Below, piece by piece: positions 39,865-54,835 of a DNA stretch of 64,000 nucleotides. The position numbers and the translations under genes are program-made. Each line of letters opens with the position of its first letter. The stretch's first letter is position 1. The notes under the pieces are model-generated. The model was given only the letters and a program-made list of their open reading frames with translations. It did not search any database and was not told the DNA's origin. The DNA lies in the NCBI GenBank assembly GCA_964016885.1, contig OZ024742.1, forward strand, positions 139,438,001-139,502,000, in the 5' to 3' direction. Origin of the DNA: Eledone cirrhosa. Lineage: Eukaryota.

Positions 39865-40661
39865 TATATATATATAAATAGAGGAATGATCCGAAAGACA
39901 AGAATAAATTGCTAATTATTAACATTATGATATATATGTGTGCCTCATTTAATAATAAGACTGACGTTATTCGTTCTAAAATTATATTAATTACATCATT
40001 TGTATTAGATAGCAAATGTATAAAAGCTAGGACTTCCATTAAACTATCCATGTTAGTGTAATATATTATTTATAAATGAAGACAGTGGATTGGCTGCATC
40101 GGTAGAGGGTCGGACGCCATGCTTTGAAGCATAGAGTTACGGCCCTTGCCATTTTGAGTTCAAACCCCACCTAGGTTAACTTTGCCTTTCAACCTTACGG
40201 GCTCGATAAAATGAAGTACCAGTAATGTACTGGGTAATTGCTGGCCTTGTACCAAAAGTAGAAACAATTATTTATAAATGAAAGCATTGCTATTTCTGAT
40301 ACAATATCAGTCGATCTGTCTTATTTGAATTTCTTTAGTACATAATTTTTTTTACTTTTTGCACAAGGCCAGCAATTACCCAGTGCATTGCTGGTACTTT
40401 ATTTTATCGACCCCCTAAGGATGAAAGGCAAAGTTAACCTCGGCGGGATTTGAAATCAGAATGGCAAGGGCCGTAACTATATTCGTCAAAGTATGGCGTT
40501 CAACACTCTACGGATACTGCCAATCCACCGCCATTTCTTTAGTACTTAATGTTAAGAATTATCGTAACTTTCAATAATATATATATTGAACTGGTATTAT
40601 AGAAAATAAACAAAATAATTTTTAATCATTACCATAATAAGATATATCTCTGTATTTACAG

Positions 40662-40685
40662 CTGGTGATACCCCTAATTGTACAC
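40662..40685 (+). CDS. Candidate 24-nt micro-exon 10, (T)GDTPNCT
   Basis: tttacAG|CTGGTGATACCCCTAATTGTACAC|GTAAGT. Confidence 0.72.
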
Positions 40686-42467
40686 GTAAGTAATCATTAT
40701 ATAACAATACACATATTTTGTCCATATGAATTATTTTACAAGGATAGCAAGCAAATTTATATTCGTTGGTCGATTACAATCTTTGAAAAATCAAATAAGG
40801 ATTGCTTTATAAAATGTATAATGAAGCTAATGATGACAGAAGCTGAAATACTTGAAGCCCTCAGCAGGTATACGATGAACATATCACCCGGCTACGGTGG
40901 TCTCCTCTATGCGGTTTACATAGACATGTTAGATATGTTTTGCAATGATTATGATAGTCTTCTCTATGAGTTTAACATAGACATGCTAGACTTGTTCTTG
41001 ACACTCCTTCAACCTGCCTGCAGCACAAAGCATTAATACAGGGAATTTCTCTGTTCTGTAATTCGGGGCGTAGTAAAGGTGATATATATTAATAAATGAT
41101 CTAAAAGATATTATTTAATTTTTCATTATCACCGTAATGATATATATTTATCTGTATTTACGGCGGCTGCTTCTACTAAACATAAGTACTCATGATATAA
41201 TAATATTTATTTTTGTCCATAAAGATAAATTATGTTTGTTACAAGCATAGCAGGTAAATTTACAGTCATTGATTTGTTACTATCTTTGATAAATCAGAAA
41301 AGAATTGTTTTATAAAATGTTTAATGAAACTTACTATAACAGAAGCTGAAATATTTGCACACCTGGCCGGTTGATCAAGTGGCAAATCACCCGGTTACGA
41401 TGGCCTCCTTTCTGAGGTTTACATAGACAAGCTAAACTTGTTCTCCGATGGTTATGATGGTCTCCTCTATAAGGTTTAAACAGACATACTTGATTTGTTC
41501 TGGGCTTAATCCAGAGAAGTCAATGTGTCTCCAGCTCACTGCTTGAGTGTCAAATTCATGCAGTTCAACTGCTTTGACAAATACTGAACGGATGGACCAA
41601 TGACATTTGTTTGGGTCGTCTGGTTTTGTCTACACCTCCAGGTGGTTAAGGACTGGGATGAGGTAGCATGGATATACACATACATACACACAAAGGCATT
41701 GTTTAGATATGCACCCTTTTTTCCTGCTATTAATTTTGTCTCTCACTCTTTTAAGTTGTGAAATAGACTGGTTAGTTACGCACGCAGCTGACACATTTCA
41801 GCTCGCTACTATATTGCTATATAATGGTTGATCGCATTTAAAGTCCGTTAAAGGTTCTTGGCACGACCATTGTTACCATCGCTTTCCTCTAGCCTTGGAG
41901 ACATGAACCGAAAGCTACCATTCTATTTTATATCAATGTGAACTGCTATTTCTAAAGACCATCTTCTCACCCCTTGATAATTTGTGTGTGAGACACGTTG
42001 GCTGGGTTCTTCTGACAGGAATGAAAAGATTTATTCTGTTTAGCTTCCCGTCCCCACGTAAAATTTGTAAATCAGTGGCTCGTTGAGTGATAGAGTCCTA
42101 TCGGTTGCCAGTTGCTAATAGCTTTACCGTGTCAGTCGTCACAAACAGTCATGGCCGGCATAGACTGGTCTTAGGATTCTGTCGATCGATTGGTTATTGA
42201 TTAGGCGATACTCGCTGATCAAGCTGCATAAGCCGATTGTGCATTGTTGCATAATATATGCAGACAGATGGTGCAGTGCACCTTACTGCTGCCTTAGTGC
42301 GGCAGAAACTCGAGTCCGGGTAACTTATAGACACCAGTCTTACGTGCGTTGTGTTGAAACAAATAACTTTGTGTATACTCTGGGAATGTATCTTACATTG
42401 CCCATGGAGTGCGCTGAGATACAACCGGTCCTGGCATTGAAAAATATGCTGGGTCCGTCAACCCTTG

Positions 42468-42512
<45 letters not shown>

Positions 42513-44495
42513 AGTGCGTATGTATGTATGTAATTCATCGACGACTAAACCTGCAACCCCACCAAATTCACTTGGTTAGGAGGGTGATTTTGGATACCCT
42601 GCAGGACAAAAAACAATACCTAACAAAGGGCGGAAGAACTGTTAAGAGTCAACAGCCATCCAAAAATGTGTAAATATGTCTATACATATATATGTATATG
42701 TAAATCTGTATATGCATGTGTGCATGTATATGTATATGCGTGGGGACATTGAAATTGTCGGGCTGGATACGATATCGCGCGGTTAAACCACTTGGAGTGA
42801 AGGACCACTAGTTTTTGTCACGGCATTCTTCTAGGAAAAGGCAACTCAGGAAACTGGGATAACTCCGACATAAAACCTGCGGCTCAGTAGTTGCCGATGA
42901 TGTTGATCTTTTCTTCTTTTCGGGTTATAGCTACTGTCGCTCAGAGAATGGGATTGGCTCAGTGCACAGTTTTTCCTCACTTTAAAAAACATCTTCACGC
43001 ACACGCATTGCACAATGGTATTGATTAATAATTATTATAATGTTATATCGTGCAATGGCCATACTCGATAACAAGGGGGCAGCCATCATGTATGTATATG
43101 ATATTAAATAACAGTAAGTGTAAGTAGAATTCTAAAGTGTATATTTTACACACTATATATATATTTCTCAGTTTTCTCAAATGTCGCACGATAGTAAGTC
43201 TGTCGAGTGAGTAAAGCAGTCATCGTTTACTTTTAATTACGTTCTGGAGACTAAAATATATATAATTACTTATAGGGAGATTTTTTTCTTGAGTAGGTAA
43301 GGCGTTACAACGAAATATAAGGCCATATAATGTACCTTTGAATATATTGATTCATTAATATCGTTTATAAAAAAGAAAAGATTTGCTTAATTAAATGTCG
43401 TATATATATGCTGTAAATTGATATATCATTTAATAATAAAACTGACGATATTAGTTCTAAAATTATATTAATGACATCATCTGTATTAGATAGCAAATGT
43501 ATATATAAGCTAGGACTTCTATTAAACTATACATGTTTCTGTAATATATTTTTTATAAATGAAAGCAATTCTATTTCCGATAAAATATCAGTCGATCTGT
43601 CTTATTTGAATTTTTTTAATACTTAATGTTAAGAATTATCGAAACTTTCAATATTATATATTGAACTGGTGTAGGAAATAAAGAAAATGATATAGTATAT
43701 ATATATATAAATAGATGAATGATCCGAAAGACAAGAATAAATTGCTAATTATTAACATTATGATATATATGTGTGTCTCATTTAAACATAAGACTGACGT
43801 TATTAGTTCTAAAATTATATTAATTACATCATCTATATTAGATAGCAAATGTATAAAAGCTAGGACTTCCATTAAACTATACATGTTTCTGTAATATATT
43901 ATTTATAAATGAAGGCGGTGGATTGGCAGCATCGGTAGAGGGTCGGACGCCATGCTTTGAAGCATAGAGTTACGGTCCCTTGCCATTTTGAGTTCAAACC
44001 CCACCTAGGTTAACTTTGCCTTTCAACCTTACGGGCTCGATAAAATGAAGTACCAGTAATGTACTGGGTAATTGCTGGCCTTGTACCAAAGGTAGAAACA
44101 ATTATTTATAAATGAAAGCATTGCTATTTCTGATACAATATCAGTCGATCTGTCTTATTTGAATTTCTTTAATACATAATTGTTTCTACTTTTGGCACAA
44201 GGCCAGCAATTACCCAGTGAATTGCTGGTACTTTATTTTATCGACCCCCTAAGAATGAAAGGCAAAGTTAACCTCGGCGGGATTTGAAATCAGAATGGCA
44301 AGGGCCGTAACTATATTCGTCAAAGCATGGCGTCCAACACTCTACGGATGCTGCCAATCCACCGCCATTTCTTTAGTACTTAATGTTAAGAATTATCGTA
44401 ACTCTCAATAATATATATACTGAACTGGTATTAGAGAAAATAAACAAAATAATTTTTGATCATTATCATAATAAGATATATCTCTGTATTTACAG

Positions 44496-44519
44496 TTGCT
44501 GGTGTCCCTAAATGTAAAC
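44496..44519 (+). CDS. Candidate 24-nt micro-exon 11, (L)AGVPKCK
   Basis: tttacAG|TTGCTGGTGTCCCTAAATGTAAAC|GTAAGT. Confidence 0.72.
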
Positions 44520-46294
44520 GTAAGTAATCATTATATAACAATACACATATTTTGTCCATATGAATTATTTTACAAGGATAGCAAGCAAATTTATATTTAT
44601 TGGTCGATTACAATCTTTGAAAAATCAAATAAGGATTGCTTTATAAAATGTATAATGAAGCTAATGATAACAGAAGCTGAAATACTTGAAGCCCTCAGCG
44701 GTTATACGATGAACATATCACCCGGCTACGGTGGTCTCCTCTATGCGGTTTACATGATAGAAATGTTCTGCAATGATTATGATAGTCTTCTCTATGAGTT
44801 TAACACAGACATGCTAGACTTGTTCTTGACACTCCTTCAACCTGCATGCAGCACAAAGCATTAATACCGGGAATTTCTCTGTTCTGTAATTCGGGGCGTA
44901 GTAAAGGTGATATATATTAATAAATGATCTAAAAGATATTATTTAATTTTTCATTATCACTGTAATGATATATATTTATCTGTATTTACAGCGACTAATT
45001 CTACTAAACATAAGTACTCATGATATAATAATATTTATTTTTGTCCATAAAGATAAATTATGTTTGTTACAAGCATAGCAGGTAAATTTACAGTCATTGA
45101 TTTGTTACTATCTTTGATAAATCAGAAAAGAATTGTTTTATAAAATGTTTAATGAAACTTACTATAACAGAAACTGAAATATTTGCACACCTGGCCGGTT
45201 GATCAAGCGGCAAATCACCCGGTTACGATGGCCTCCTTTCTGAGGTTTACATAGACAAGCTAAACTTATTCTCCGATGGTTATGATGGTCTCCTCTATGA
45301 GGTTTAAACAGACATGCTTAATTTGTTCTGGGCTTAATCCAGAGAAGTCAGTATGTCTCCAGCTCACTGCTTGAGTGTCAAATCCATGCAGTTCAACTGC
45401 TTTGACAAACACTGGACGGACTGGACAATGACATTTGTTTGGGTCGTCTGGTTTTGTCTACACCTCCAGGTGGTTAAGGACTGGGATGAGGTAGCATGGA
45501 CATACACATACATACACACAAAGGCATTGTTTTGATATGCACCCTTTTTTCCTGCTATTAATGTTGTCTCTCACTCTTTTAAGTTGTGAAATAGACTGGT
45601 TAGCTACGCACGCAGCTGACACATTTCAGCTCGCTTCTGTATTGCTATATAATGGTTGATCGCATTTAAAGTCCGTTAAAGATTCTTGGCACTACCATTG
45701 TTACCATCGCTTTCCTCTAGCCTTGGAGACATAAACCGAATGCTACCATTCTATTTTATATCAATGTGAACTGCTATTTCTAATGGCCATCTTCTGATCC
45801 TTTGATAATTTATGTGTGCGACACGTTGACTGAGTGCTTCTGACAGGAACGAAAAGATTTATTCTTTTTAGCTTCCTGTCCCCATGTAAAATTTGTAAAT
45901 AAGTGGCTAGTTGAGAGATAGAGTCCTATCGATTGCCAGTTGCTAATAGCTTTACCGTGTCAGACGTCACAAACAGTCATGGCCGGCATAGACTGGTCTT
46001 AGGATTCTGTCGATCGATTGGTTATTGATTAGGCGATACCCGCTGATCAAGCTGCATAAGCCGATTGTGCATTGTTGCATAATATATGCAGACAGATGGT
46101 GCAGTGCACCTTATTGGTGCCTTAGTGCGGTAGAAACTCGAGTCCGGGAACCTAATAGGCACCCGTTTTAAGTGCGTTGTGTTGATGCAAATAATTTGTG
46201 TATACTCTGGGAATGTATCTTACATTGCCCATGGAGTGCGCTGAGATACAACCGGTACTGGCATTGATAAATATGCTGGGTCCGTCAGCCCTTG

Positions 46295-46428
<134 letters not shown>

Positions 46429-46650
46429 TAAAATAGCAGATTAAAGTTTAAGCAAAGAATCGCTGCTTTCACCCTTAACGGGATCTTCGGAAACTTAAGG
46501 GTGAAAGCAGCGATTCTTTGCTTAAACTTTAATCTGTTACTTTAATAAATATTTGCTCTACGGTTCTTATATATTTGATATATATTTATCCTTATCGAGC
46601 CCTCTTTGGATTTTAGTCTTCAAGTTTATTATTATTACTATATATATATA

Positions 46651-46744
<94 letters not shown>

Positions 46745-46883
46745 AATACTTTGGGAGGGTCATGTTGCCAATAAGAAACACACGCACGTGCGTGTGTTTC
46801 TTATTGGCAACATGACCCTACCAAAGTATTACAATATCGGTTTAAACACACGTTTTCAGAATCTTGCTAAACAAATTCAGAAA

Positions 46884-47046
<163 letters not shown>

Positions 47047-48290
47047 CATACATATATATATATATATATGTGTGTGTATGTATGTATGTAATTCGTCGTC
47101 GACTAAAGCTGCAACCCCACCAAGTTTACTTGGTGAGGAGGGTGATTTTGGATACCCTGCAGGACAAAAAACAAAACCTAGCAAAGGGCGGAAGAACTCT
47201 TAAGAGTCAACAGCCATCCAAAAATCTGTAAATATGTCTATACATGTATATGTATATGTAAATCTGTATATGCATGTGTGCATGTATATGTATATGTGTG
47301 GGGACATAGAAATTGTCGGGCTGGATACGATATCGCGCGGTTAAACCCCTGGGAGTGAAGGACCACTAGTCTTTGTCATGACATTCTTCTAGGAAAAGGC
47401 AACTCAGGAAACTGGGATAACTCCGACATAAAACCTGCGGCTCAGTAGTTGCCGATGATGTTGATCTTTTCTTCTTTTCGGGTTATAGCTACTGTCGCTC
47501 AGAGAATGGGATTGGCTCAGTGCACAGTATTTCCTCACTTTAAAAAACATCTTCACGCACACGCATTGCACAATGGTATTAATTAATAATTATTAATAAT
47601 GTTATATCGTGCAATGGCCATACTTGATAACAAGGGGGCAGCCATCATGTATGTATATGATATTAAATAACAGTAAGTATAAGTAGAATTTTTAGACGTA
47701 TACTTTACACACTATATATATATTTCTCAGTTTTCTAAAATGTCGCACAATAGTAAGTCTGTCGAGTGAGTAAAGTAGTCATTGTTGATTTCTAATCACG
47801 TTCTGGAGACTAAAATATATATAATGACTTAGGGAGATAATTTTCTTGGGTCGGTAAGGCGTTATAACGAAATATAAGGCCATATAATGTACCTTCGAAT
47901 ATATTCATTCATTAATATCGTTTATAAAACAGAAAAGAATTGCCTAATTAAATGTTGTATATTATATATGCTGTAAATTGATATATCATTTAATAATAAG
48001 ACTGACGATATTAGTTCTTAAACTATATACAAGGACGATGGTCAAGTCAGATAATTTCCAGCCAATAAATGTGCTTAACACACAGTTCAATATTATGACA
48101 TGATTACTAGCAACGAGCTTGGCGTTAGATGTCGAGATTCTGTTAGAGGAGGCGGAGACTCCACCTCGTGCGATACTTAATGTTAAGAATTATCGTAACT
48201 CTCAATAATGTATATTGAACTGGTATTATAGAAAATAAACAAAATATGTTTTAATCATTATCATAATAAGATATATCTCTGTATTTACAG

Positions 48291-48314
48291 CTGCTACTAC
48301 CGCTAAAAGTACAG
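48291..48314 (+). CDS. Candidate 24-nt micro-exon 12, (P)ATTAKST (no Cys)
   Basis: tttacAG|CTGCTACTACCGCTAAAAGTACAG|GTAAGT. Confidence 0.72.
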
Positions 48315-50364
48315 GTAAGTAATCATTATATAACAATACACATATTTTGTCCATATGAATTATTTTACAAGGATAGCAAGCAAATTTATATTTATTGGTC
48401 GATTACAATCTTTGAAAAAGCAAATAAGGATTGCTTTATAAAATGTACAATGAAGCTAATGATAACAGAAGCTGAAATACTTGAAGCCCTCAGCGGCTGT
48501 ACGATGAACATATCACTCGGCTACGGTGGTCTCCTCTATGCGGTTTACATAGACATGTTAGATATGTTTTGCAATGATTATGATAGTCTTCTCTATGAGT
48601 TTAACATAGACATGCTAGACTTGTTCTTGACACTCCTTCAACCTGCATGCATCACAAAGCATTAATACAGGGAAATTCTCTGTTCTGTAATTCGGGGCGT
48701 AGTAAAGGTGATATATATTAATAAATGATCTAAAAGATATTATTTAATTTTTCATTATCACCGTAATGATATATATTTATCTGTATTTACGGCGGCTGCT
48801 TCTACTAAATGTAAGTACTCATGATATAATAATATCTATTTTTGTCCATAAAGATAAATTATGTTTGTTACAAGCATAGCAGGTAAATTTACAGTCATTG
48901 ATTTGTTACTACCTTTGATAAATCAGAAAAGAATTGTTTTATGAAATGTTTAATGAAACTTACTATAACAGAAGCTGAAATATTTGCACACCTGGCCGGT
49001 TGATCAAGTGGCAAATCAACCGGTTACGATGGCCTCCTTTCTGAGGTTTACATAGACAAGATAAACTTATTCTCCGATGGTTATGATGGTCTCCTCTATG
49101 AGGTTTAAAGAGACATGCTTGATTTGTTCTGGGCATAATCCAGAGAAGTCAGTATGTCTCCAGCTCACTGCTTGAGTGTCAAATCCATGCAGTTCAACTG
49201 CTTTGACAAACACTGGACAGACGGGACAATGACATTTGTTTGGGTCGTCTGGTTTTGTCTACACCTCCAAGTGGTTAAGGACTGGGATGGGGTAGCATGG
49301 ATATACACATGAGGTAGCATGGATATACACACAAAGGCATTGTTTTGATATGCACTCTTTTTTCCTGCTATTAATTTTGTCTCTCACTCTTTTAAGTTGT
49401 GAAATAGACTGGTTAGCTACGCACGCGGCTGACACATTTCAGCTCGCTACTATATTGCTATATAATGGATGATCGCATTTAAAGTCCGTTTAAGGTTCTT
49501 GGCGCTACCATTGTTACCATCGCTTTCCTCTAGCCTTGGAGACATGAACCGAATGCTACCATTCTATTTTATATCAATGTGAACTGCTATTTCTAATGGC
49601 CATCTTCTGATCCTTTGATAATTTATGTGTGCGACACGTTGGCTGAGTGCTTCTGACAGGAAAGAAAAGATTAATTCTGTTTAGCTTCCTGTCCCCATGT
49701 AAAATTTGTAAATCAGTGGCTAGTTGAGAGATAGAGTCCTATCGGTTGCCAGTTGCTAATAGCTTTACCGTGACAGACGTCACAAACAGTCATGGCCGGC
49801 ATAGACTGGTCTTAGGATTCTGTCGATCGATTAGTTATTGATTAGGCGATACCCGCTGATCAAGCCGCATAAGCCGATTGTGCATTGTTGCATACTATAT
49901 GCAGACAGATGGTGCAGTGCACCTTATTGGTGCCTTAGTGCGGTAGAAACTCGAGTCCGGGAACCTTATAGGCACCCGTTTTAAGTGCGTTGTGTTGAAG
50001 CAAATAATTTGTGTATACTCTGGGAATGTATCTTACATTGCCCATGGAGTGCGCTGAGATACAACCGGTACAGGCATTGATAAATATGCTGGTTCCGTCA
50101 ACCCTTGTTATATATATGTATATATATATATATATATATTTATTAAAATAACAGATTAAAGTTTAAGCAAAGAATCGCTGCTTTCACCCTTAACGGGATC
50201 TTCGGAAACTTAAGGGTGAAAGCAGCGATTCTTTGCTTAAACTTTAATCTGTTATTTTAATAAATATTTGCTCTACGGTTCTTATATATTTGATATATAT
50301 TTATATTATCGAGCCCTCTTTGGATTTTAGTCTTCAAGTTTATTATTATTACTATATATATATA

Positions 50365-50432
<68 letters not shown>

Positions 50433-50603
50433 AATACTTTGGGAGGGTCATGTTGCCAATAAGAAACACACGCACGTGCGTGTGTTTCTTATTGGCAACA
50501 TGACCCTCCCAAAATATTACAATATCGGTTTCAACACACGTTTTCAGAATCTTGCTAAACAAATTCAGAAACGATATATATATAGATATATATAGATATA
50601 TAT

Positions 50604-50707
<104 letters not shown>

Positions 50708-51064
50708 ATGTATGTATGTAATTCGTCGACGACTAAAACTGCAACCCCACCAAGTTTACAGGACAAAAAACAAAACCTAGCAAAAGGCGGAAGAACCCTT
50801 AAGAGTCAACAGCCATCCAAAAATCTGTAAATATGTCTATACATGTATATGTATATGTAAATCTGTATATGCATGTGTGCATGTATATGTATATGTGTGG
50901 GGACATAGAAATTGTCGGGCTGGATACGATTTCCGTTTTAAGTGCGTTGTGTTGAAGCAAATAATTTGTGTATACTCTGGGAATGTATCTTACATTGCCC
51001 ATGGAGTGCGCTGAGATACAACCGGTACTGGCATTGATAAATATGCTGGGTCCGTCAACCCTTG

Positions 51065-51128
<64 letters not shown>

Positions 51129-51352
51129 TAAAATAACAGATTAAGGTTTAAGCAACGAATCGCTGCTTTCAACCTTAACGGGATCTTCTGAAACTTAAGG
51201 GTGAAAGCAGCGATTCTTTGCTTAAACTTTAATCTGTTATTTTAATAAATATTTGCTCTCCAGTTCTTATATATTTGATATATATTTATCTTTATCGAGC
51301 CCTCTTTGGATTTTAGTCTTCAAATTTATTATTATTACTATATATATATACT

Positions 51353-51470
<118 letters not shown>

Positions 51471-51609
51471 AATACTTTGGGAGGGTCATGTTGCCAATAA
51501 GAAACACACGCACGTGCGTGTGTGTCTTATTGGCAACATGACCCTCCCAAAATATTACAATATCGGTTTCAACACACGTTTTCAGAATCTTGCTAAACAA
51601 ATTCAGAAA

Positions 51610-51692
<83 letters not shown>

Positions 51693-51877
51693 GATAAATC
51701 TACCAAGAGTTTACGGTAGTGTCCAATCCGTATGAAGAACTCAATGTATTCCGGATATCATGGAAAGAAGAGATGTAATGAAAATCCACTTTCGGTGAAA
51801 GATAAACGGTATACAGAGTCAAGATAAAATATTAAACAAATAATGAACAAACAATTCCTTATATTAAACAAAAAAAG

Positions 51878-52032
51878 TTCACTATTTAACGATCGTTTCT
51901 AGGGTATATATGTGTTATAATTGGTATGCATATTTAACAGATCTATGTACAAAATTATACAAAATTATACAAATTATCAAGATTAAATATACATACCTAA
52001 CTCATATATACGCCGTCTTCAGAAATAATGAA
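51878..52032 (-). ncRNA. Hammerhead ribozyme, inverted pseudo-LTR copy
   Basis: Reverse complement of 54359-54513. Confidence 0.78.
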
Positions 52033-52554
52033 GTATATTTATTGATAATAACAACAATTCAAAATATCAGTTCAAAATTGACCAATATTGATACCAAAAT
52101 TGACCAATATTGATACCATAACGTTATTAACTTTAATTTAGTTATAATGTAATTAATAATCTACTACTGTTTGACTTCATAATTCTGCTTCAAATATTAT
52201 AAACCTAACTAATTTACACCTTGGAAATCAATATGTTGACTATCTTTGGTTTAGTTAACATATGATTAATGGTATACTTTTTTGTTTTGAGATGCATAGA
52301 TTTCGTATTTCCTAGCACTGAATATATGTAAGAACATACATTGAATTAAGATACGGAAAATATTATATGTTTCTTGAAACATATATTTACTTTGATCCCC
52401 TTCTCCAAACCCCCCCTTTCCCCCATACTATTATCATCTGTTTTTGTAAGCGTATATGTATGAATATATGTGTAGGTGGGTGTCTATATAGGTTTTGGTA
52501 TTTATTTCTAAATATAAAAATACATATATGAGCATGTAAATATGAATGTAAGAT

Positions 52555-52976
52555 TGAGTGTGTATATATGATTGTACATACATATGTATGTATATATATG
52601 TATATATATGTATTATATATGTATGTGTATGTGAATGTGTGGTATGTATATGTGTATGTATATGTATATATGTGTATGTATGTGTATGCTTGTATATAGG
52701 AATATATATATGTGTATATATGTATGTATATGTATATGCGTGTTTGTATGTATGTGTATATGGGTTCTGTATATATTTGTATGTCTCTCTATTTATATGT
52801 TTATCTTCGTATCTATGTGATATATGTGTGTGTGTGTGCACGTATGCATATGTATGTGTTTGTGTGTGTTTGTATGTGTGTGTGTATATATATGTGTATT
52901 TGCGCACACTCACATACACATATATATATATATATATGTGAGTGTGTATGTGTGTCTGTGTGTGTGTGTGTGTGTG

Positions 52977-53009
<33 letters not shown>

Positions 53010-53170
53010 GTTTATATATATATATAGATATATATATATATATATATATATGTGTATATAGGTGTCTATGTGTGAATATATGTCTTTATTCGTATGTGTG
53101 TATTTATGTATGTATATGTTTATGTGTATGTATGTATGTGTATATATGTATGTATATATATATATATATG

Positions 53171-53209
<39 letters not shown>

Positions 53210-53551
53210 TATTCTTTATTATTATTGTAATATAACTTATGTGTATATGTGTATAAGTGAGGTTGTGTATGTATATATACTATGTGTATATATAAGAGTA
53301 ATGAAATATATATATATATATATATATGTGCATGTCTGTTTTTTATGTGTGTGTATATATGTATATGTATGTGTATATATGTGTATATATATATATATGT
53401 GTACGTGTGTGTATGTGGATATATATATATATATATATATATACATGTGGGGGTTTGTATGTGTATTTATGGTGGTAGAGTGTGTGGATATATATGTTTG
53501 TATATGTATGTGTATATGTATGTATATATATATGTGTCTATGTGTGTGTGT

Positions 53552-53585
<34 letters not shown>

Positions 53586-53775
53586 ATGTGTATGTGTGTA
53601 TGTGTTGCGCGTGAGTGTGTGTGTATTTATATCTTTTTATATGTGTATGTGTATGTTCGTGTAAATGTATGTGTGTGTATGACTGTATAGGTATGTGTGT
53701 ATGTATGTATGTGTAGGTATCTCTATGTGCGCGTACATGTATGTATGTGTATGTATATCTGTATGTGTATGTACA
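52555..53775. repeat. Compound (TA)/(TG)/(TATG) low-complexity tract inside the Penelope repeat; duplicated at ~58613-59833
   Basis: Directly visible; source of the Y/I/C/V/M-rich spurious ORFs. Confidence 0.95.
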
Positions 53776-54358
53776 TTATATTATATTTATTATATTTTAT
53801 TGTTTTTATTTTTTTATTTTTCTTAATTTATAGATACATTTATATTAGGCAGTCTGGTCTGACAATCTAATACTGACCCCTCCCCCCCCCTCCCACCTAA
53901 TTTCTGTATCTTGATCTTGAAATGTGTGTACCAGTGTTTTTATGTGAGTGACTTAATTTCTATTTGCTTATGATTTTATATCCACATATATAAATGTGAG
54001 TGGGGGAGTGTGTGTGTTTGTATGTTCGTGGTTATTGTATATTTATGCATATACGCACATGTATGTGTGATTATACTGATATGTGTGAGTATGAAAAAAA
54101 TATATTTATATGCTTGACTCCATAAGTATCATTGCGTATCTTATCAGCGCATTAAGCTTACAGAGATATTAACCTTGAAATTTTGTGTTTGCATCCATCT
54201 TTTTAGTATGCACATACAAATTATACACACATTATTGTAAAATATGTGTAAGGTTTTTACATGTATATACACACACCAAACTGCTTTTAACCCTTTGTGT
54301 TTTCATTGGTCAATTTTGAACTGATATTTTGAATTGTTGTTATTATCAATAAATATAC

Positions 54359-54513
54359 TTCATTATTTCTGAAGACGGCGTATATATGAGTTAGGTATGT
54401 ATATTTAATCTTGATAATTTGTATAATTTTGTATAATTTTGTACATAGATCTGTTAAATATGCATACCAATTATAACACATATATACCCTAGAAACGATC
54501 GTTAAATAGTGAA
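54359..54513 (+). ncRNA. Type I hammerhead ribozyme in Penelope pseudo-LTR
   Basis: Stem I TTCATTATTT/AAATAGTGAA (10 bp, one G-U); core CTGAAGA 54369-54375 and GAAA 54492-54495; long stem II; palindromic AACGATCGTT stem III; GUU site, cleavage predicted after 54503. Confidence 0.8.
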
Positions 54514-54835
54514 CTTTTTTTGTTTAATATAAGGAATTGTTTGTTCATTATTTGTTTAATATTTTATCTTGACTCTGTATACCGTTTATCTTTCACCGAA
54601 AGTGGATTTTCATTACATCTCTTCTTTCCATGATATCCGGAATACATTGAGTTCTTCATACGGATTGGACACTACCGTAAACTCTTGGTAGATTTATCTA
54701 CATAATTTTGCTCCTATTTTCACGGAAATATTCGTATTTTTGTACTGTATGTGTGTATTAATTTTATATTTATGTATAAACATATATATATGTATGATTT
54801 TGTAAACCCATATACATTTAGTTGAGCTCTTTCAA

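Noticed and set aside
52434-53690. Many Y/I/C/V/M/H/T-rich ORFs (also 12200-12860, 29000-29660, 46200-47230, 58490-59750)
   Set aside because: Translations of TA/TG microsatellite, which lacks stop codons.
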